In this document: positions 9,361-20,128 of the stretch, piece after piece
How positions within the stretch are numbered: the stretch's first letter is position 1
Layout: each line of letters begins with the position of its first letter
NCBI GenBank assembly: GCA_965261455.1
Contig: OZ253453.1
Coordinates: 1,366,374-1,430,373 of the forward strand
Direction of reading: 5' to 3'
From: Dehalococcoidia bacterium
Lineage (GTDB): Bacteria > Chloroflexota > Dehalococcoidia > SHYB01
Length of the DNA stretch: 64,000 nt
Made by a program: the position numbers and the translations under genes
The notes under the pieces: model-generated
What the model saw: only the letters and a program-made list of their open reading frames with translations
Databases searched by the model: none
What the model was told of the DNA's origin: nothing

Positions 9361-11061
9361 ATGGCGATGTACGATCTGGTTATCCGCGGCGGCACTATCG
9401 TCGATGGGAGAGGCCTTCCCCGGTACAAGGCGGACCTCGCCGTCAAGGACGGCAGAATCGCCATGATCAGTGGGAAGATCAACGCGGGGGGTGCCAGAGA
9501 GCTTGACGCCGGCGGCTGCATCGTGGCCCCCGGCGCCGTCGACCTCCACACCCACTACGACGCCCAGGTCAACTGGGACCCCTATTGCTCCATGTCCGGC
9601 TGGTTCGGCGTGACCTCGCTCACCATCGGTCAGTGCGGCTTCGGCTTCGCGCCCACGCGGCCCGATGACCGAGAGTTGAACATGCGCATGATGAACCGCG
9701 TCGAGGCCATCCCCCTCCACTCGATGCAAAAGGGCATGCGTTGGGACTGGGAGACCTTCCCCGAGTACCTCGATAGCCTGGACCGCCAGGGCCTGGGACT
9801 CAATATCGGAGCGCTGTTTCCCATGTCTCCCATGCGCGGCTACGTCATGGGAATGCTGGAGTCCCGGCAGAGAACGTCGGCGACGGATGCGGAGATCAAT
9901 CAGATCAAACAGATCTTCTATGACGCCATGAAGGCTGGGGCCTTCGGATTCTCCGCCAACAAGAGCGCCGAGGACCGGCCCGACGACGGCGGCTACCTGC
10001 CCACCCACGTCACTTCCGATGAAGAATACCTGGCCATGGCCGAGGTCCTCGGAGAGTTCGGCGTCGGTCACATCGGCTGGACCATCGGCGTCCCTATCTT
10101 TGACGACCGCCCTGCTCAGCACAAGCTGGTGAGCAAAATGATGCGGATTTGCGGGCGTCCGGCGCACATCAACTGCATCTTCGCGACCCCCGAGGACATG
10201 GTCTGGCTGAATGAGTCTCGTGAAGAAGGTCTTCCCCTGCTGATCCAGCAGCCCACCATCTACCCCGACGCCATCTTCAAGCTCTCGGAGTACAACCTCT
10301 TCGATATCTACCCCAACTGGGTGCAACCTCTGGTCGGCGGCGCCGAGGAACGGGCGGCCAAGCTGCGAGACCCGGCGACCCGCGCCGCCATGAAGCGCGA
10401 TGTGGAAGGCCAGAGCGGCATTACCACGCGTACGGATTGGGACACCTTCGCCGTCGTGGAAGTCGCTCACGAGCGAAACCGCAAGTACGAGGGCAAAACG
10501 ATTGAAGAGATAGCCCGGATGGACGGGAAACACCCCCTCGACGCGCTCCTCGATCTCGCCCTCGACGAAAACCTCGAGACTGAATTCATGAACAAGTCGG
10601 GTGCCGGGGACCCTGGGGAAGAAGGGCTTGCGCCCCTCATCAAGCACCCCTACTTCCACATCTCCCTGTCGGATGGAGGGGCCCACACCAGATACTTCAC
10701 CGTGAGCACCTGGCCCGTCAACTTCCTGGCGCACTGGGTCCGAGACAAAGAGCTCATGACCCTGGAAGAGGCCCACGTCAAGATGAGCGCCTACCCTGCA
10801 TGGTTTGCCGACTTCAAAGACCGCGGCACCTTACAACTGGGCGCCTGGGCCGACATCATCGTCTACGACTTCGACAAGCTGGGCTACATGTACCCCAAAC
10901 CCGTCTTCGCCACCGACTTCCCCGGCGGGGAGCGGCGGATCATTCAGAAGCCCACCGGCCTCCGCTACACCATCGTCAACGGCACAGTCACGTTCGAGGA
11001 GAACGACTGCACCGGCGCCCTGCCCGGCAAGCTGCTCCGCAGTTACGACATGGTCGCGTAG
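9361..11061 (+). CDS. D-aminoacylase (N-acyl-D-amino-acid deacylase) family amidohydrolase
   Basis: MAMYDLVIRGGTIVDGRGLP...AVDLHTHYDAQ amidohydrolase-3 type N-terminus, 566 aa. ggaaggaagt RBS. Confidence 0.8.
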   Translation: MAMYDLVIRGGTIVDGRGLPRYKADLAVKDGRIAMISGKINAGGARELDAGGCIVAPGAVDLHTHYDAQVNWDPYCSMSGWFGVTSLTIGQCGFGFAPTRPDDRELNMRMMNRVEAIPLHSMQKGMRWDWETFPEYLDSLDRQGLGLNIGALFPMSPMRGYVMGMLESRQRTSATDAEINQIKQIFYDAMKAGAFGFSANKSAEDRPDDGGYLPTHVTSDEEYLAMAEVLGEFGVGHIGWTIGVPIFDDRPAQHKLVSKMMRICGRPAHINCIFATPEDMVWLNESREEGLPLLIQQPTIYPDAIFKLSEYNLFDIYPNWVQPLVGGAEERAAKLRDPATRAAMKRDVEGQSGITTRTDWDTFAVVEVAHERNRKYEGKTIEEIARMDGKHPLDALLDLALDENLETEFMNKSGAGDPGEEGLAPLIKHPYFHISLSDGGAHTRYFTVSTWPVNFLAHWVRDKELMTLEEAHVKMSAYPAWFADFKDRGTLQLGAWADIIVYDFDKLGYMYPKPVFATDFPGGERRIIQKPTGLRYTIVNGTVTFEENDCTGALPGKLLRSYDMVA

Positions 11062-11126
11062 GGCGCCTACCGGGCAACGAACAAGATAACGCTTACAGCG
11101 CTAGACAATTCCCGAGGAGGCAGGAT

Positions 11127-12917
11127 ATGAAGGGCCGACTAGCTGTTTTCATCGCGGCTGCCGCCATTGTCTCCTTGGTGGTCGCCGCCTGCGCCGGTCC
11201 GGCAGGACCGGCGGGCCCAGCGGGACCGGCGGGCCCGGCAGGACCGGCGGGCGCAGCGGGACCGGCGGGCGCAGCGGGACCGGCAGGCCCCGAGGGCCCA
11301 CAAGGGCCGGCCGGGGGCGATGCTCCGGCCCCCCCACCGGCGCCGACTGCGACAGCGGTCCCACCCACGGCCACGCCCACACCGGAGCCGGCCCCAACGC
11401 CGGCTCCGCCCACGGAGTCCCAGCCTCGCCGGGGCGGTATCTTGACGGTCTCTGGAGGCGATCCGCCCAACATCGACCCCATCAAGGCCGTCACCAGCCA
11501 GTATTACCTGCACTGGGGCAATATCTATAGCGGCCTGGTCCAGTACAACCCAAGGCAGCCGGTGAACCAGATCATTCCAGACCTCGCGGAGAGCTGGGAG
11601 ATAGGCGCCGATCTCACCCGGTACACGTTCAAGATGCGCCCCGGCGTCAATTGGCACGATGGCCAGGCATTCAGCGCCGCCGACGCCAAGTGGAGTCTGG
11701 AGACCCTCATGGCGGAGGGCGGCCACGCCGCCGAACTACCCGCTATCGCTACGATTGAGGCCCCCGACGACGGCACCCTGGTGCTCAATCTGGAGCGGCC
11801 GCAGGCCTCGGTGCTCCAGATACTCGGCCTCATCTTCGTCCCCATCGTGGCTCAGCATGTCTACGAAGCGAACGGCGGGGACCTGTCCAACGGCCCGAAC
11901 ATCGGCACCGGCCCCTTCCTAGAAGCGGAGTACCAGAAGGGTGAGGCCGCGGAGCTCATTCGAAACCCCAATTACTTCGAGACGGTCGACGGCACCCAGT
12001 TGCCCTACCTCGATGGAGTCAAGACGTTCATGATCCGCGACTTGGAGACCAGCTTGGCCGCATTCCGCGCCGGGCGGATCATGCTGCTGGACCCGCGCGT
12101 CGGCATCGACAGGGCCCAAGTGGAGCGGCTGAAGGGAAGCGTCCCCGACCTCAAGCCAACGCCGTGGGACATGCTGCAGATATCGACACTCCTGATAAAC
12201 CCCGACGCCGAACCCTGGAACGACCAGCGCGTGCGGCAGGCCGCCAACTTGGCCATCGACCGGTGGGAGGCCGTGGAGCTCAACGAGAACCTGTACAAGC
12301 CCGCCGGCCCCATCGTCTCACCCGGATGGGGTCTCTCCGACGAGGAGCTCTTTGCACTGCCGGGATTCCGTAAGGGGGCAGACAAGGAGCAAGACCGTGA
12401 AGAGGCTCGGCGACTCCTCGCCGAGGCCGGCTACCCCGACGGCTTTGAAAGCGAGTTGATGCACTTCACCCATGCCGCCTGGATGCAGGACCTCGCGGTG
12501 TTTGCCATAGACCAGTTGGCCAAGGTCGGCATAAGGATGAAGTCCAACGGTCTGCCCTTGGCCGAAGCCCTAGACGCCTGGCAGCAACAGGCGTTCAACG
12601 TGACCACCTTTGGACACAACATCTCCTTCCCCGACCCTGACGCCACCGAGAAAAACGTCAAGCCCAACATCTTCCACTTCCTCGAAGACGCCAGACTCAT
12701 CGAGCTCTTCGACCAGCAGGCGGTGGAGGCCGACCTGGACAAGCGCCGGCAGCTTGTGACCGAAATGCAGCGCCTCATGATGGAGACCTCCGCCGTGATC
12801 TATATCGGCTGGCAGGAGAACTTCTCCCCGGTCGCGCCCCAGGTCGAGGGCCACGAGGGCGGCCTTGGGATATGGAGCCGTATCCGCCACCATTACGTCT
12901 GGCTCTCCGACGGATAG
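11127..12917 (+). CDS. ABC transporter substrate-binding lipoprotein (family 5) with collagen-like GXY linker
   Basis: MKGRLAVFIAAAAIVSLVVAAC lipobox, (GPA)n about 14 triplets, Pro/Thr linker, SBP5 body. gaggagg RBS before ATG 11127. Confidence 0.85.
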   Translation: MKGRLAVFIAAAAIVSLVVAACAGPAGPAGPAGPAGPAGPAGAAGPAGAAGPAGPEGPQGPAGGDAPAPPPAPTATAVPPTATPTPEPAPTPAPPTESQPRRGGILTVSGGDPPNIDPIKAVTSQYYLHWGNIYSGLVQYNPRQPVNQIIPDLAESWEIGADLTRYTFKMRPGVNWHDGQAFSAADAKWSLETLMAEGGHAAELPAIATIEAPDDGTLVLNLERPQASVLQILGLIFVPIVAQHVYEANGGDLSNGPNIGTGPFLEAEYQKGEAAELIRNPNYFETVDGTQLPYLDGVKTFMIRDLETSLAAFRAGRIMLLDPRVGIDRAQVERLKGSVPDLKPTPWDMLQISTLLINPDAEPWNDQRVRQAANLAIDRWEAVELNENLYKPAGPIVSPGWGLSDEELFALPGFRKGADKEQDREEARRLLAEAGYPDGFESELMHFTHAAWMQDLAVFAIDQLAKVGIRMKSNGLPLAEALDAWQQQAFNVTTFGHNISFPDPDATEKNVKPNIFHFLEDARLIELFDQQAVEADLDKRRQLVTEMQRLMMETSAVIYIGWQENFSPVAPQVEGHEGGLGIWSRIRHHYVWLSDG

Positions 12918-13081
12918 CGCGGAATCGAAAGTACACCGGGGCTGCCGCCCTAGGGACGGTAGCCCCGCGTCACGTCCGGCCAATGAGGACTGCATCCCCG
13001 GCGAGTGACGAAACCGCGGATGCGGGCAACGTCTGCTGAGGTCGTCATCGACCCGAATAGTCGCGAACTTCGCGGTTCGCC

Positions 13082-14305
13082 TTGATTCGCCGGATACACC
13101 CCGCCTGGTGGGTCCTATCCCTGATCGTGGCGGCCCTGTTCGCCCTCAACGGAGCGCGGGCGTCCTTCGCCGTCTTGTACGGGCCGCTGGAAGAAGAGGC
13201 CGGATGGAGCCGCGTTTCGGTCGCCGGGGCGGCCACCCTCGGCCAGATTGTTATGGGCGTTTCCTTCATCGTCGCCGGCGTGGCCGTCGACCGCTACGGC
13301 CCGCGGCGGGTGTTGCCCATCTTCGCGCTGCTGCACCTTGGGGGCTACCTCCTAGCGGCCCGCGCTACCGAGGTGTGGCAGCTCTATATCGGCTTCGGCC
13401 TGTTAGGCAGCATTGCCTTCGGTATAGGAGTAGGCCCGCTGCTGGCCATCGTCGCCCGGTGGTTTCACCACCATCAGGGCTTGGCTCTGGGCATCGGCTC
13501 CTCCGCCGGACAGGCGGGAGCCGCCCTCTTCTCACCCATGACGGCGTTGCTCGCCGACGGCGTCGGCTGGCGGTGGACCTTCGCGCTGCTGGGTTTCATC
13601 CCATTCGTGCTCCTTCTCCTCGCGGCTGGATTCTTGTATCGCCGGCCTGAAGAGAAGGGCGGGCACCCCTATGGTGCCGAGTCTTCGGCCAGCGGTGAGA
13701 CCGGCGCTCGCCCAACGGTGCCGCAGCCACCCTTCGGACCGTCAGTCCGGGAAGCGCTCCGCCAAAGAGCCCTGTGGTGGGCATGCCTTGTTTATTTCAG
13801 CGCGAACATCAGTACGGGGCTCATCATATTGCACATCGTGAACCATGGACGGGAAGTGGGGCTCTCCGCGGTGACGGCGGCCGGGCTCCTCTCCGTGGTC
13901 ACTGGCGTGAGCGTGGTGGGGAGGATAGGGGGTGGCGCCATCGCCGACCGGGCGGGCTTCGGCAGACTCCTGCCGGTAAGCTGCGTCGTGATGGCGGCAG
14001 GGGTGGGACTCCTGGCGGCCTTCTCCCATCCGGCCTTGCTGTACCTTTCCGCCGCGATTTATGGCATCGGTCTCGGTGGGGCCGTAGTCCTGCAGACCAT
14101 CGTGATCCGGGCCATCGTCGGCGAGCATATCCTGGGAACGGCCGTCGGGATCATCCTGCTGGCGGTCAACCTTGGGGCCGGACTCGGCGTCTTCCTCGGC
14201 GGGCTGATCGATTCCTACCTCCCCTCATTCCTTATCGGCGCCGGTGGAGCAGGCGTCGCCGCGTTGAGCGCCACGCGGTTGAGCGCGGCGCGCCGCCGGG
14301 CTTGA
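13082..14305 (+). CDS. MFS transporter
   Basis: 12-TM-like hydrophobic profile with MFS-like D-R-x-G-P-R-R loop (VDRYGPRRV). TTG start assumed, so start uncertain. Confidence 0.65.
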   Translation: MIRRIHPAWWVLSLIVAALFALNGARASFAVLYGPLEEEAGWSRVSVAGAATLGQIVMGVSFIVAGVAVDRYGPRRVLPIFALLHLGGYLLAARATEVWQLYIGFGLLGSIAFGIGVGPLLAIVARWFHHHQGLALGIGSSAGQAGAALFSPMTALLADGVGWRWTFALLGFIPFVLLLLAAGFLYRRPEEKGGHPYGAESSASGETGARPTVPQPPFGPSVREALRQRALWWACLVYFSANISTGLIILHIVNHGREVGLSAVTAAGLLSVVTGVSVVGRIGGGAIADRAGFGRLLPVSCVVMAAGVGLLAAFSHPALLYLSAAIYGIGLGGAVVLQTIVIRAIVGEHILGTAVGIILLAVNLGAGLGVFLGGLIDSYLPSFLIGAGGAGVAALSATRLSAARRRA

Positions 14306-14468
14306 GCAGCGGTCAGCGAGCGGCCAGCTTCAGGGAGTGCCGATATGTTGTGAGGCGAGGGGGATTCTGCCATTCTTGTGCTGTCCCCGACATCGCAGGC
14401 GAGACTCGGAGCACGCCCTTGGCCGCGTAACATTGGGCGGCCGTGGCACACATTCAAGGAGGCCCCAA

Positions 14469-15698
14469 ATGAGCGGTCCGCTTCACGGAATACGAGTAGC
14501 CGACCTGACCCACTTCATGGCCGGGCCCGTTTGCACGTCATTACTCCGGGACTTGGGGGCGGAGGTGATTAAGGTCGAGCCGCTACAGGGAGAGGCGGGC
14601 CGGTATGGCGGGGCCTACCCTACTCCCTATGGGGAGAGTCTCACCTTCCAAGTCCACAACCGTGGAAAGATGTCCACGACCGTGGACCTGAAGACCGAAG
14701 AAGGCAAGGCCCTCTTTCGCGATCTGATTCGGGTCTCCGACGCATGCGTAGAGAACTTCCGCCCCGGCGTGATGGCCAGGCTCGGCATCGGGTACGAGGA
14801 CCTCAAGAAGATCAACCCCACGATCGTGCTCGCGTCGATCTCCGGCTTCGGCCAGAGTGGGCCGTATTCCCAACTCCCATGCGTTGACTTCATCGCTCAG
14901 GCGATGAGCGGGCTGATGAGCCTCAACGGCCAGCCCGGCGACCCGCCCACGAAGTACGGCGTCGAAATGGCCGACTACTCCGGGGGCATGTTTGGGGCCC
15001 TCAGTGTCGCGGCGGCCCTCTGTCAGCGGGCCATGTCCGGCCGGAGCGAGCACATCGACGTCGGCATGCTCGACGCCATGGTCTACCAATTGAACTATCA
15101 CCCCATCCGCTACAAGTTCGCCGATCTCTTCTATCAACGGATCGGCAACCGGGTGGCGGGGGCCGGCGTGTCCGGTGCCTATCCATGCAAGGACGGCCAC
15201 ATCGTCATCGCGGGCGGCGGCGACGCGAATTGGCAGCGATTGACCAAGGTCATAGGCCACGCGGAGCTTGCCGATGATCCCCGCTACGCCCGCACGCCGA
15301 AGCGCTGGGAGAACCACGATGATCTCGACGTTTTGATCGAGGAGTGGTCTCGCGAGCTTACCGTCGACGAAGCGCTCGCCGCCCTGCGGGAAGAAGACTT
15401 GGTCGTGGGCCCGGTCCGAGAGCTGCCCGACATCTTCGAGGACGAACACCTCAAGGCCCGCGAGATGTTGGTCGAGGTCGAGCACCCATTGCACGGCGCG
15501 CTGACGGTGCCGGGGCCCGTTCCCAAGTTGCGAAACTCGAAGCTTGCGAAGATAGACTCAGCAGCCCCGCTGGTCGCCGAGCACAACGGCTACGTCGTCA
15601 GCGAGCTGCTGGGCCGGTCGACGCAGGAACTTCGCTCTCTGGAGGAGAACGAAGTCATCTTTCCCAAGGTCCCCGGCGCGTTGGCGCAGGACCCGTAG
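14469..15698 (+). CDS. family III CoA-transferase (CaiB/BaiF/Frc-like)
   Basis: MSGPLHGIRVADLTHFMAGPVCTSLLRDLGAEVIKVEP. Conserved Asp in ADYSGGMFGALSVAAAL. caaggagg RBS. Confidence 0.85.
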   Translation: MSGPLHGIRVADLTHFMAGPVCTSLLRDLGAEVIKVEPLQGEAGRYGGAYPTPYGESLTFQVHNRGKMSTTVDLKTEEGKALFRDLIRVSDACVENFRPGVMARLGIGYEDLKKINPTIVLASISGFGQSGPYSQLPCVDFIAQAMSGLMSLNGQPGDPPTKYGVEMADYSGGMFGALSVAAALCQRAMSGRSEHIDVGMLDAMVYQLNYHPIRYKFADLFYQRIGNRVAGAGVSGAYPCKDGHIVIAGGGDANWQRLTKVIGHAELADDPRYARTPKRWENHDDLDVLIEEWSRELTVDEALAALREEDLVVGPVRELPDIFEDEHLKAREMLVEVEHPLHGALTVPGPVPKLRNSKLAKIDSAAPLVAEHNGYVVSELLGRSTQELRSLEENEVIFPKVPGALAQDP

Positions 15699-15706
15699 CC
15701 TGCAGA

Positions 15707-18004
15707 CTACTTGTCGCTGAGGGCGGTCAGCACCTCGGCCGGCGTGATGGGAAGCCGCGTCATCCGGACCCCGATAGCGTCCGACACGGCGTTGGCTACC
15801 GCTGCCAAGGGCGGGACGATCGAGACCTCGCCGACGCCGCGCATACCGAAGGGATGCTCCTGGCTGGGTATCTCCAGCACCACTGGGTCGATGTTGGGCA
15901 CGTCCAAGCTGGTCGGCATCCGGTAGTCCAAGAAGCTGGCGTTGGCCATGATACCGTCGCTCGTGAAACTGTAGGTCTCGGTCAGCGCCCAGCCGATGCC
16001 CTGCACGGTGCCGCCTTGCATCTGGCCTTCGACGTAGCTGGGGTGCGCCGCTTGGCCAACGTCCTGGAACACGGTGACGCGGAGGATGTTGACCTTCCCG
16101 GTCTCGGGCTCCACTTCCACGTCCACGATATTGCCGGCGACCGCGGGGGCCGCCTTCGCGGGGTGGGCTACGGAGGAAACCGAGATAAGGCCGCCCAAGC
16201 GCGGGAGCTGCTCCGCCAGTTCCTTCCAGGTGATTCGTCGACCCTCGCCCTTCGTGCACACAAACTCGCCGTTATCGAAGGCGACGTCTTTGGCCTCCAC
16301 CTCCCAGAGCAGGGCGGCGCGGGCCATCATATGCCGTTTCGCCTCTTCCGCGGCTTGGAGCGCGGCGCGTCCCGTATCGACCGCGACCCGGCTGCCGCCG
16401 GTGAGGCCCGTCCAGCCCACGGAGTCCGTGTCCACGACGACGGGGTGCACGTCGGCGGCCGCCAGCCCCAAGGCTTCCGCCGCTTGCATGGCAACGGCGG
16501 TTCGTGTTCCGCCGATATCGACGGAGCCGGTGACCAAGCTGATCGTCCCGTCGCTGTTCACGTTTATCGCGGCGCAGGACTGCATACTGGCGTTCTTCCA
16601 GTACCCCAGCGCTATGCCGCGTCCGCGGTTCGGCCCTCCCAGATCGGACTGGTAATGCGGATGCCGCTTCATCGCGTCGATCAGTTGCTCGCCCCCATGC
16701 TGCGGTTGCGGGAGACCGTTCGGCATCCGGTCGCCTTTGTGGGCGAGGTTCTCTTTCCGTAGATCGAGCGGGTCCATGTCGAGCCGGCGGGCCAACTCGT
16801 CGAGGACGCTCTCAACGGCGAAGGCCGCGGCCGGCGTTCCGGGCGCTCGGTAGGCGGCCACCTTCGGCTTGTTGCAGACCACATCGCAACCGTCGATGAG
16901 TATGTTGTCGATCTTGTAGGCAGCCGAGCCGCTCATGGCGCCTTCGCCGACCGGCGAACCTGGAAAGGCTCCTGCTTCGTAGATCATCGAGAGCTCGGCG
17001 GCGGTGATCCGCCCCGTATCGGTGGCCCCGATCTTGGCTCGCAGCTGCGTGGCCGACGTCGGGCCCGACGCCTCTAGGACTTCGGCGCGCGTCATGACGA
17101 GCTTCACGGGCTGGCCGCTCTTTTTGGAAAGGATGGCGGCCACCGGGTCGAGATAGGTATCGAGCTTGCCCCCGAAGCCTCCCCCGATCTCCATCGGAAT
17201 GACTCGTACCAGCGATTCGGGAATGCCCAGGATCATGGCGGTCTCGGCCCGGATCGCAAAGGGCCCCTGCGTGCTCGTCCAGACCGTGACCTGCCCGTCC
17301 GGCGCCCACCACGCGGTCGATGTCTGGGGCTCGATGTAGCCCTGATGCACGGTCTGGGTGGTGAACTCGCGCTCGACGATGACGTCGGCTTCCCTAAAGC
17401 CTTCCTCCACGTCGCCGTTCTTGAACTGAATGCGGAACGACACGTTGCTCTTCACCTCGGTATCGTTCCCCCGCTCCAGAAAAGCGAAGGTCGACCGTGT
17501 GGTCATGTCTTCGTGGAGCAAGGGCGCGTCGGGCCGCATCGCGTCGCGGAGAGTGAGCACCGTGGGCAGCACGTCGTATTCGACGTCGATCAGGCCGAGC
17601 GCCTCCTCGGCGACGTGGGGGCTGGTCGCGGCGACCGCGGCCACGGCGTGGCCCTTATAGAGGACCTTCGACCTCGCGAGGACGTTCTCGGCAAGCATCC
17701 TCGCGTTGCCGCGAATCTCGGCGAAGTCAATGGTCCGGTCGGCAAGAATGGGAAGGTCGGCTGCGGTGGTCACGGCTTTGACGTCCGGGTGCGCTTCCGC
17801 CCTGCTCGTGTCGATGCGGCGGATGCGGGCGTGCGGGTGCGGGCTCCGCAGGATCTTGCCGTGCAAGAGACCGGGCATGTGCACGTCGGCGCCGTAGCGG
17901 GCCCGGCCGGTGACCTTCTCCACGCCGTCGTGCCGGATGGGCCTCGTGCCCACGACCCGAAAGCCGGCGTCTGTTTGGCTGGCGGGTCCAACGTCGGTAG
18001 TCAT
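15707..18004 (-). CDS. xanthine dehydrogenase/aldehyde oxidase family molybdopterin-binding subunit (CoxL/XdhB-like)
   Basis: N-terminus RVVGTRPIRHDGVEKVTGRARYGADV typical of the MoCo large subunit, about 765 aa. No FAD or FeS subunit genes adjacent. Confidence 0.8.
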   Translation of the reverse strand: MTTDVGPASQTDAGFRVVGTRPIRHDGVEKVTGRARYGADVHMPGLLHGKILRSPHPHARIRRIDTSRAEAHPDVKAVTTAADLPILADRTIDFAEIRGNARMLAENVLARSKVLYKGHAVAAVAATSPHVAEEALGLIDVEYDVLPTVLTLRDAMRPDAPLLHEDMTTRSTFAFLERGNDTEVKSNVSFRIQFKNGDVEEGFREADVIVEREFTTQTVHQGYIEPQTSTAWWAPDGQVTVWTSTQGPFAIRAETAMILGIPESLVRVIPMEIGGGFGGKLDTYLDPVAAILSKKSGQPVKLVMTRAEVLEASGPTSATQLRAKIGATDTGRITAAELSMIYEAGAFPGSPVGEGAMSGSAAYKIDNILIDGCDVVCNKPKVAAYRAPGTPAAAFAVESVLDELARRLDMDPLDLRKENLAHKGDRMPNGLPQPQHGGEQLIDAMKRHPHYQSDLGGPNRGRGIALGYWKNASMQSCAAINVNSDGTISLVTGSVDIGGTRTAVAMQAAEALGLAAADVHPVVVDTDSVGWTGLTGGSRVAVDTGRAALQAAEEAKRHMMARAALLWEVEAKDVAFDNGEFVCTKGEGRRITWKELAEQLPRLGGLISVSSVAHPAKAAPAVAGNIVDVEVEPETGKVNILRVTVFQDVGQAAHPSYVEGQMQGGTVQGIGWALTETYSFTSDGIMANASFLDYRMPTSLDVPNIDPVVLEIPSQEHPFGMRGVGEVSIVPPLAAVANAVSDAIGVRMTRLPITPAEVLTALSDK

Positions 18005-18032
18005 GACTGTGTCCTTTCTACCGTCGGTCGCG

Positions 18033-18962
18033 TCATCGCATGCGCGGGTCAAGATAGTCGCGGCCCGCGTCGCCCAACAGTGTAAAGCCCAGGATGGTGG
18101 TAAAGATGAAGACGGCCGGACCGATCACCAGCCAAGGCGCTTGCGTCGAATACTGGTCGACACCTTCGGAGAGCATCAGTCCCCAGGAGGGAGTCGGAGG
18201 CGAGTCCGATACGCCGAGGAAGCTCAGCGCCGCGGCGATGATGATGGCGAAGGAGATCCGGTTCGTAACAACGACGAGGAGGGGCGGGATCAGGCTCGGC
18301 CCCACGTGGCGGAACATGACCCTGGCGCTGGAGGCCCCAATCGCCCGAGCGGCTTCCACGTAAGTTTCCTCTTTACTTGACAGCGTGACGGCTCGGGCTA
18401 GGCGGTTGGCTATCGGTATGTTGATCGTCGCGATGGCGATGCCCACGTTGACATCTCCGCGACCCAGCACGGTAACCAGGGCCAACGCGAGAATCAGCGT
18501 CGGCATCGACAGGAGCCCGTCCATTATCCGCTGCGCGGTCAGATCGAGCCATCCTCCGGTGAAACCGCTGACGATCCCGATCAAGCCGCCGAGAATGCTG
18601 CCGATGAGCACGGAGGCGATGGACACGAAGATTGCGGGCCGCGCCCCCGAGATCAAGCGGCTGAACTGGTCTCTCCCCAAGTAGTCGGTGCCGAGAAGGA
18701 AGTCGCCGCCGGGACGCCGGAAGAGGTCGTTGAAGTTCGTGTCCAACGGTCCATACGGCTGTATCCAAGGACCGAAGACCGCCAACACGACCATCGCAAG
18801 GACCATGCCGGCCCCGAGGGCCCCCGCGGGCGAAGTCCGGGCGAACTGATAGGTACGCGTCCCCATCCATTGGAGCCGGCCCAAGGCCCACGACGGCGCC
18901 GCCATGCTCACCGCGGAGCTCACGCCGTTCCGCCTCCGAGGCGGATTCGCGGGTCCAGCCAC
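18033..18962 (-). CDS. ABC transporter permease, DppC/OppC-like
   Basis: LLGTDYLGRDQFSRLISGARPAIF motif. Start may be the internal Met (18905), which would avoid the 43-nt overlap with the upstream permease. Confidence 0.8.
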   Translation of the reverse strand: MAGPANPPRRRNGVSSAVSMAAPSWALGRLQWMGTRTYQFARTSPAGALGAGMVLAMVVLAVFGPWIQPYGPLDTNFNDLFRRPGGDFLLGTDYLGRDQFSRLISGARPAIFVSIASVLIGSILGGLIGIVSGFTGGWLDLTAQRIMDGLLSMPTLILALALVTVLGRGDVNVGIAIATINIPIANRLARAVTLSSKEETYVEAARAIGASSARVMFRHVGPSLIPPLLVVVTNRISFAIIIAAALSFLGVSDSPPTPSWGLMLSEGVDQYSTQAPWLVIGPAVFIFTTILGFTLLGDAGRDYLDPRMR

Positions 18963-19888
18963 CCATAGAGCAGGTCGAGGGCAACGTTGAGCGGCAGGAT
19001 CGAGAGGGCAAAGATCGTGACGATCGTCTGGACGGTCACCCAGTCGCGCACCTCAATGGCCTTGAGGAGTTGGAATCCGATCCCAGGCAACACGAAGATC
19101 CTCTCGACGATGATCGAACCGCCGAGAAGGAAGCCAACCTCCAGTCCGGCAAGCGTCACCAGCGGCAGCAGGGCGTTACGCAATGAGTGCCGCCGCACGA
19201 CGAGGCCCGGGGGGAGGCCCTTGGCCCTGGCGGTTCGAACATAGTCCTGGCGAAGGACCTCCAACATGGAGGAGCGGGTAATCCTGGCCAGCACCGCCGA
19301 TGACGCGAAGCCGAGCACCAGCGCTGGGAAGATCATCTGTTGTAGGTTCGCCACTGGATCTTCGAAGAAGGGCGTGAACTCAAGTGGCGGAATCCAACTG
19401 AATTGGTTGACGAGCAGGAGGAGCAGGAGGGCGCCTGCCAGGAAGCTGGGCATGGCGAGGCCGATGGTCGTAAAGAACCTTCCGGAGAGGTCCCATACGC
19501 CGTTTTGATTGATTGCGCCGATCACGCCCACGGGCACGGCGATACCGACTCCTATGGCGATGGAGAGGACCGCAAGCTCGAGGGTGATCGGCAACGTTCG
19601 CCGAAGGTCGGAGAAGACCGAACTCCGGGTGACCAACGACGTACCGCCGTCGAGCCGGACTAGGTCCCAGAGCCAGCCGCCATACTGGACCATGAGGGGA
19701 TCGTTGAGACCGAGCTCGTCGCGAAGTTCCTGGTACTCCACCGGATCGACGGTCTTGCGTCCATCGTCGGAGAGGATGTTGAGCGCTACGTCGCCGGGCA
19801 GCAGCCGGAAGATCAGAAAGATCGCGAAGGAGATGATGATCACCGTGGGGATGATCAAGAGAAGGCGGCTTACCAGGTAGCGTTGCAC
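18920..19888 (-). CDS. ABC transporter permease, DppB/OppB-like
   Basis: MQRYLVSRLLLIIPTVIIISFAIFLIFRLLPGDVA. Paralogue (about 55% identity by eye) of 3921-4877. Confidence 0.85.
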   Translation of the reverse strand: MQRYLVSRLLLIIPTVIIISFAIFLIFRLLPGDVALNILSDDGRKTVDPVEYQELRDELGLNDPLMVQYGGWLWDLVRLDGGTSLVTRSSVFSDLRRTLPITLELAVLSIAIGVGIAVPVGVIGAINQNGVWDLSGRFFTTIGLAMPSFLAGALLLLLLVNQFSWIPPLEFTPFFEDPVANLQQMIFPALVLGFASSAVLARITRSSMLEVLRQDYVRTARAKGLPPGLVVRRHSLRNALLPLVTLAGLEVGFLLGGSIIVERIFVLPGIGFQLLKAIEVRDWVTVQTIVTIFALSILPLNVALDLLYGWLDPRIRLGGGTA

Positions 19889-20128
19889 GGGTGGGGCCTT
19901 CGTCCTCAGCTATTCAACGATGCGGCCACTACTCACGGGCCGACAATACTGTGCGGCTTGATGCCGGAATGGCAAGGCCAGAACGGCAAGGCCAGACAAG
20001 GCATGAGCTTCGCTCTCGACCGCCGAAGGCTTGATTCCCCGGGCCGAACGCTGCTCCTGGGCCGATCACCGGCCCCGGGGCGGTTCGGTGGCGGTCGGTG
20101 TCTTGAATCGCCCGCCGCTCGGACGACC

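Noticed and set aside
19889-20128. Short direct repeat ggcaaggccaga x2 in the dppB upstream region
   Set aside because: Only two 12-bp copies with no symmetry. It is likely chance or a minor binding site, and not enough to call a feature.
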